Positions 60,027-64,000 of a stretch of DNA of 64,000 nucleotides are shown here, piece after piece (position 1 is the stretch's first letter; the number at the start of each line of letters is the position of its first letter). Origin of the DNA: Lachnospiraceae bacterium. Its GTDB lineage: Bacteria > Bacillota > Clostridia > Lachnospirales > Lachnospiraceae. The translations under genes were made by a program, and so were the position numbers. Below the pieces are notes generated by a model. The model made no database searches, was not told the origin of the DNA, and saw nothing but the letters and a program-made list of their open reading frames with translations. The stretch is from the NCBI GenBank assembly GCA_045531055.1, contig JAZSDG010000031.1:11282-75281 (forward strand), written 5' to 3'.

Positions 60027-60101
60027 CATCTTTTTTAAAAAAATGTAAGAATTTTTTCAACAATTCATTCATATTATGAAATAAACAGTGAATGGAGGTA
60101 T

Positions 60102-60545
60102 ATGATGAGTGCAAAAACAAAAATTGTAGTTCTTCGGATGAAAGAATTAATTTTCAAAGGAATCCTCGCATTGCTTGGAATTCTTCTTGTTGTTATACTA
60201 CTCGTACTATTTTTACCGAAAAAAGAAAAACAAAAAGAGGATGCAACACCAACCGCAAGCTACACTCCCGGCGTCTACACATCTTCTGTAATGCTTAATG
60301 ATACTGCTGTCGATGTGCAGGTTATTGTTGATGAAGATAATATCAACTCCATATCACTGGTCAATCTGGATGATGCAGTTGAAACAATGTATCCTCTTGT
60401 AAAACCGGCAATGGAAGATTTGTCCAAGCAAATTATTGATAAACAGTCTCTTGAAGATATCACATATTCCGAAAATAACCAGTATACATCCATCGTACTC
60501 CTAAACGCAATTGAAAAAGCCATTGAAAAAGCATCACCGGAATAA
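60102..60545 (+). CDS. Membrane-anchored hypothetical protein with FMN_bind-like fold
   Basis: TM helix; YTPGVYTS...V.V.VD...I...TS..LLNAI..A. Confidence 0.65.
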   Translation: MMSAKTKIVVLRMKELIFKGILALLGILLVVILLVLFLPKKEKQKEDATPTASYTPGVYTSSVMLNDTAVDVQVIVDEDNINSISLVNLDDAVETMYPLVKPAMEDLSKQIIDKQSLEDITYSENNQYTSIVLLNAIEKAIEKASPE

Positions 60546-60567
60546 AATCGGTGATGCTTCATAACTC

Positions 60568-60807
60568 TCATTCATTATTCAAAGAATATAAGTAGTCTGT
60601 AATATCGGAAATATCACAATAAATCTTCTGTTCCGGTCTACTGTTCTCATACCACTGGTAAGCCGAAACACCTGCCCATGCAACAAGAGCAACAAGCACA
60701 ATACTACCAATAATTCTTCCACAGATGCGTTTTACTTTCTCGCGCGCCATCGTCTGCTTACGCATTGCTTTTTCTTTCTTATATCTTTCTACTTTTGCCT
60801 GACTCAT
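60568..60807 (-). CDS. Small single-TM hypothetical protein
   Basis: MSQAKVERYKKEK basic N-terminus + TM; RBS present. Confidence 0.7.
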   Translation of the reverse strand: MSQAKVERYKKEKAMRKQTMAREKVKRICGRIIGSIVLVALVAWAGVSAYQWYENSRPEQKIYCDISDITDYLYSLNNE

Positions 60808-60820
60808 TTCTTTCTCCCTC

Positions 60821-61621
60821 TTACATATTTCTGGAAATATCCAAACATTTCATCATTGCTTCAAATACGGCACTACGCATCCCCTTTTCTTCCAAAACGC
60901 GAACCGCCTGAATGGTCGTACCTGCCGGCGAGCATACCATATCCTTTAATTCACCCGGATGTCGTCCTGTTTCAAGTACCATTTTTGCGCTTCCCAAAAC
61001 CGCTTGTGCTGCAAATTTGTACGCCTGCGCTCTTGCCATACCGCCTGCAACTGCCGCATCTGCCATTGCTTCAATAAACATAAATACATATGCCGGAGAG
61101 CTTCCGCTAACAGCAGTTACCACATCCATTAAATTCTCAGTAATTACTTCCGTTTGGGAAAATCCTTCGCAAATCTCACGCACAAGTGTTACTTCTTCGC
61201 TTGTTACATTTGCATTCGGACACATTCCCATCATGCCTTCTTTGACCATTGCCGGAGTGTTTGGCATAGTACGAATTATTTTTAGTTCTTTGCCAAAACA
61301 TGACTTCAACCAGTCCAACGACTTCCCCGGTGCAATGGAAACAATGATTTGTTCTGTTGTTACTATATCTTTTATTTCTTCGATTACTGTTTCGTAAAAC
61401 TGTGGTTTTACTGCAAGAAACAGAATGTCTGCAAATGCTGCGACCTCTTTGTTATCGGCCGTTGTAAGAATTCCCAGCGATTCTTTCTTTGCATCTAATG
61501 CTGTTTGCGACTTGTCTGAGGTTATCATATCAGACTTTGTGCATTTCCCGGAATCAATAATCCCTTGCATCATTGCTCCGCCCATGTTGCCACAGCCGAT
61601 AAATCCTATTTTCTTTCCCAT
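60821..61621 (-). CDS. proC: Pyrroline-5-carboxylate reductase
   Basis: GCGNMG, AVKPQ, MPNTP, SGSSPAY, CSPAGTT. Confidence 0.95.
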   Translation of the reverse strand: MGKKIGFIGCGNMGGAMMQGIIDSGKCTKSDMITSDKSQTALDAKKESLGILTTADNKEVAAFADILFLAVKPQFYETVIEEIKDIVTTEQIIVSIAPGKSLDWLKSCFGKELKIIRTMPNTPAMVKEGMMGMCPNANVTSEEVTLVREICEGFSQTEVITENLMDVVTAVSGSSPAYVFMFIEAMADAAVAGGMARAQAYKFAAQAVLGSAKMVLETGRHPGELKDMVCSPAGTTIQAVRVLEEKGMRSAVFEAMMKCLDISRNM

Positions 61622-61634
61622 CTTTGATGTTCTC

Positions 61635-62867
61635 CTATGAACGGTAATCCCCGTTAATTTTTACATAATCATAGGTAAGATCACAGCCCCATGCTTTTGC
61701 ACTTACCTCTCCTTGATGAAGATTGATATTAATATAAATCTCATCCTCACCCAATATTACCTTTGCTTTCTCTTCTGAAAATTCCACGCCGGAACCATTT
61801 TGACATACCAAAATACATCCTTTGGCAGAAACAAGTTCTACAGATACTTTGGTAATATCAAATTCTGCCTCTGCATATCCAATGGCACATAATATTCTTC
61901 CCCAATTAGCATCTTCTCCAAACATGGCACACTTAAATAACGGAGAACGAATCACGCTTTTGGCCACAATGATTGCGGTATCTAAATCCGGTGCTCCTGC
62001 ACAGGTACATTCTAACAGTTTGCTTGCGCCTTCACCGTCTTTCGCAAGCATTTTGGTCATATTCATAAGCACTTCATACAAAGCATCCCGAAACAGCTGA
62101 TACTCTGCATTCTCTGTTGTAATCTCATCATTCCCTGCAAGACCATTTGCCATAATGCTGACCATGTCATTCGTGGAAGTATCTCCATCCACACTAAGAC
62201 AATTATATGTAACTTTGACAATTTCAGTAAGAGCTTTTTGAATTAACTCTGCGGAAATTGCAACGTCTGTTGTGATAAAATTCAATGTGGTTGCCATATT
62301 CGGATGAATCATTCCGCTTCCTTTTGCCATTCCGCCGATGGTGCATACTTTGTCACCTAAGTGAAATGTCACTGCAACTTCCTTCGGGAAGGTATCTGTT
62401 GTCATAATCGCATTCGCGGCTTTGTCATGATTCAACGGTGAAAGACCTGCCACCAACTCTTTGATGTGGCTTTCAATAGGCTCTATCGGCAAAATCTGAC
62501 CAATTACACCGGTAGATGCAACAATCACTTCTTGTGGCATAATACCAAGTTCTGTCGCAGCAAGTTCACACATTCTGCTAGCTTTCTCTTCCCCATCTGC
62601 ATTGCATGTATTGGCATTTTTGCTATTGACAATTACCGCTTTTGCCTGATGGTTGTTCGCCTCAAGATTCTTCTTGGTCACAAGAATCGGTGCACCTTTT
62701 ACTTTGTTGGTTGTATAAACAGCTGCCGCCTGACAATTGACTTCTGAAAAAATCAATCCCAAATCATTCTTATTCGGGTCAGGGTTCAGCCCACAATTGA
62801 GTCCGTTTGCCGAAAATCCCTTCGCTGCACAAACTCCTCCATCTATTCTTTGAAATACTTCTGCCAT
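61635..62867 (-). CDS. argJ: Ornithine acetyltransferase / N-acetylglutamate synthase
   Basis: STGVIG, KGSGMIHPNMAT, DGDTSTND, DGEGA. Confidence 0.95.
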   Translation of the reverse strand: MAEVFQRIDGGVCAAKGFSANGLNCGLNPDPNKNDLGLIFSEVNCQAAAVYTTNKVKGAPILVTKKNLEANNHQAKAVIVNSKNANTCNADGEEKASRMCELAATELGIMPQEVIVASTGVIGQILPIEPIESHIKELVAGLSPLNHDKAANAIMTTDTFPKEVAVTFHLGDKVCTIGGMAKGSGMIHPNMATTLNFITTDVAISAELIQKALTEIVKVTYNCLSVDGDTSTNDMVSIMANGLAGNDEITTENAEYQLFRDALYEVLMNMTKMLAKDGEGASKLLECTCAGAPDLDTAIIVAKSVIRSPLFKCAMFGEDANWGRILCAIGYAEAEFDITKVSVELVSAKGCILVCQNGSGVEFSEEKAKVILGEDEIYININLHQGEVSAKAWGCDLTYDYVKINGDYRS

Positions 62868-62880
62868 TCTCTTTCGCCTC

Positions 62881-64000
62881 CTACTCAAGCTCCTCCATAA
62901 CGCTCTTATAAGCCGGGCGGATAATCTTGTTCATTCCCACCATCTCTTCCAGGCGATGCGCACTCCATCCAACGATACGCGCAATCGCAAATAATGGTGT
63001 ATACAATTCCATTGGAATTCCGAGCATCTCATATACAAAACCACTATAGAAATCAACGTTTGGACTGACGCCTTTGAAAATATGGCGTTTCTCTGCAATT
63101 AATTCCGGAGCAAGCTCTTCAATCAAATTGTAAAGATGCATTGCCTTTTCCTGATGCTTGGCAACCGCTAATTCTTCTACATAAGAACGGAAAATGCGTT
63201 CTCTTGGATCTGATAAAGAATAGACCGCATGGCCCATTCCGTAAATCAAGCCTTTTTTATCGAATACTTCTCCATCCAGCATACGTGCAAGATATGCTTT
63301 CACCTCGTCGCGGTCTTCCCAATCCTTGACGTTGCTACGAATATCCGACATCATTTCCATAACTTTAATGTTTGCACCACCATGCTTTGGTCCTTTCAAT
63401 GAGGACATCGCTGCAGCAATTGCAGAATACGTATCTGTTCCGGCTGAAGTTACAACTCTTGTTGTGAATGTAGAATTATTACCACCACCATGTTCCATAT
63501 GAAGGAGCAACGCAACGTCTAAAACTTTTGCTTCGAGATCGGTATATTTATTATCCGGACGTAACATACGAAGGAAATTCTCCGCCGTAGAAAGCTTCGG
63601 GTCCGGTCTGTGAATATACATACTGGAATTATTCTCATAATGATTGTATGCATGATAACCATATACTGCTAACATTGGGAAAATTGCCACCAACTGCATA
63701 CACTGTCTGATACAGTTATCAATATCTCCGACCGCTGTATACGGATCATACGATGCAAGTGTCAAAATACTTCTCGTCATGGAATTCATAATATCTTTGG
63801 AAGGAGCTTTCATGATAACGTCTCTTGTAAAGTTCGTCGGAAGTGTTCTGCTCTTTCCCAGTACAGTTGAAAACTCTGCAAGTTCTTCATTATTCGGAAG
63901 TTCTCCAAACAAAAGCAGATATGCGGTCTTCTCGAATCCAAATTCATCCTCCTTCAATCCGCGAATCAAAGTCATGACATTGTAGCCACGATACCATAAT
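62881..64000 (-). CDS. gltA: Citrate synthase (partial, 5' end outside window)
   Basis: LWYRGY, EHGGGNNST, GPKHGGAN, GMGHAVY, PNVDFYSG. Confidence 0.92.
   Translation of the reverse strand, partial: LWYRGYNVMTLIRGLKEDEFGFEKTAYLLLFGELPNNEELAEFSTVLGKSRTLPTNFTRDVIMKAPSKDIMNSMTRSILTLASYDPYTAVGDIDNCIRQCMQLVAIFPMLAVYGYHAYNHYENNSSMYIHRPDPKLSTAENFLRMLRPDNKYTDLEAKVLDVALLLHMEHGGGNNSTFTTRVVTSAGTDTYSAIAAAMSSLKGPKHGGANIKVMEMMSDIRSNVKDWEDRDEVKAYLARMLDGEVFDKKGLIYGMGHAVYSLSDPRERIFRSYVEELAVAKHQEKAMHLYNLIEELAPELIAEKRHIFKGVSPNVDFYSGFVYEMLGIPMELYTPLFAIARIVGWSAHRLEEMVGMNKIIRPAYKSVMEELE

Overview
64 kb of mostly core chromosome from a low-GC Firmicute, most likely a spore-forming Lachnospiraceae (inferred from gene content and order, including sleC). 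It holds housekeeping and metabolic genes (split transketolase, PPi-type PFK, pcrA, rlmD, hisC, recJ, truA, thyA-folA, ilvBN, proC, argJ, citrate synthase), two L,D-transpeptidases, a heterodimeric ABC exporter, a Zn/Cd P-type ATPase operon, a complete type IV pilus locus (34.2-47.7 kb) and tRNA-Gly(GCC). I found no CRISPR array, integrase or transposase. Top candidates: (1) an AT-rich DUF3800 gene directly preceded by its own sigma-A promoter, a GC-rich GNRA-capped hairpin and an intrinsic terminator, i.e. a ~75-nt RNA plus nuclease-fold protein module laid out like an RNA-antitoxin (type III TA-like) system; (2) an unannotated ~65-nt transcription unit whose promoter is covered by tandem DtxR/MntR-type palindromes, next to a DtxR-family regulator (candidate metal-repressed sRNA); (3) a gene remnant marking a possible insertion junction of the heavy-metal operon; (4) a pilus with a c-di-GMP-binding-type PilB, very large minor pilins and a PilD whose methylase domain looks degenerate. 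All family assignments come from motif recognition, not database searches.
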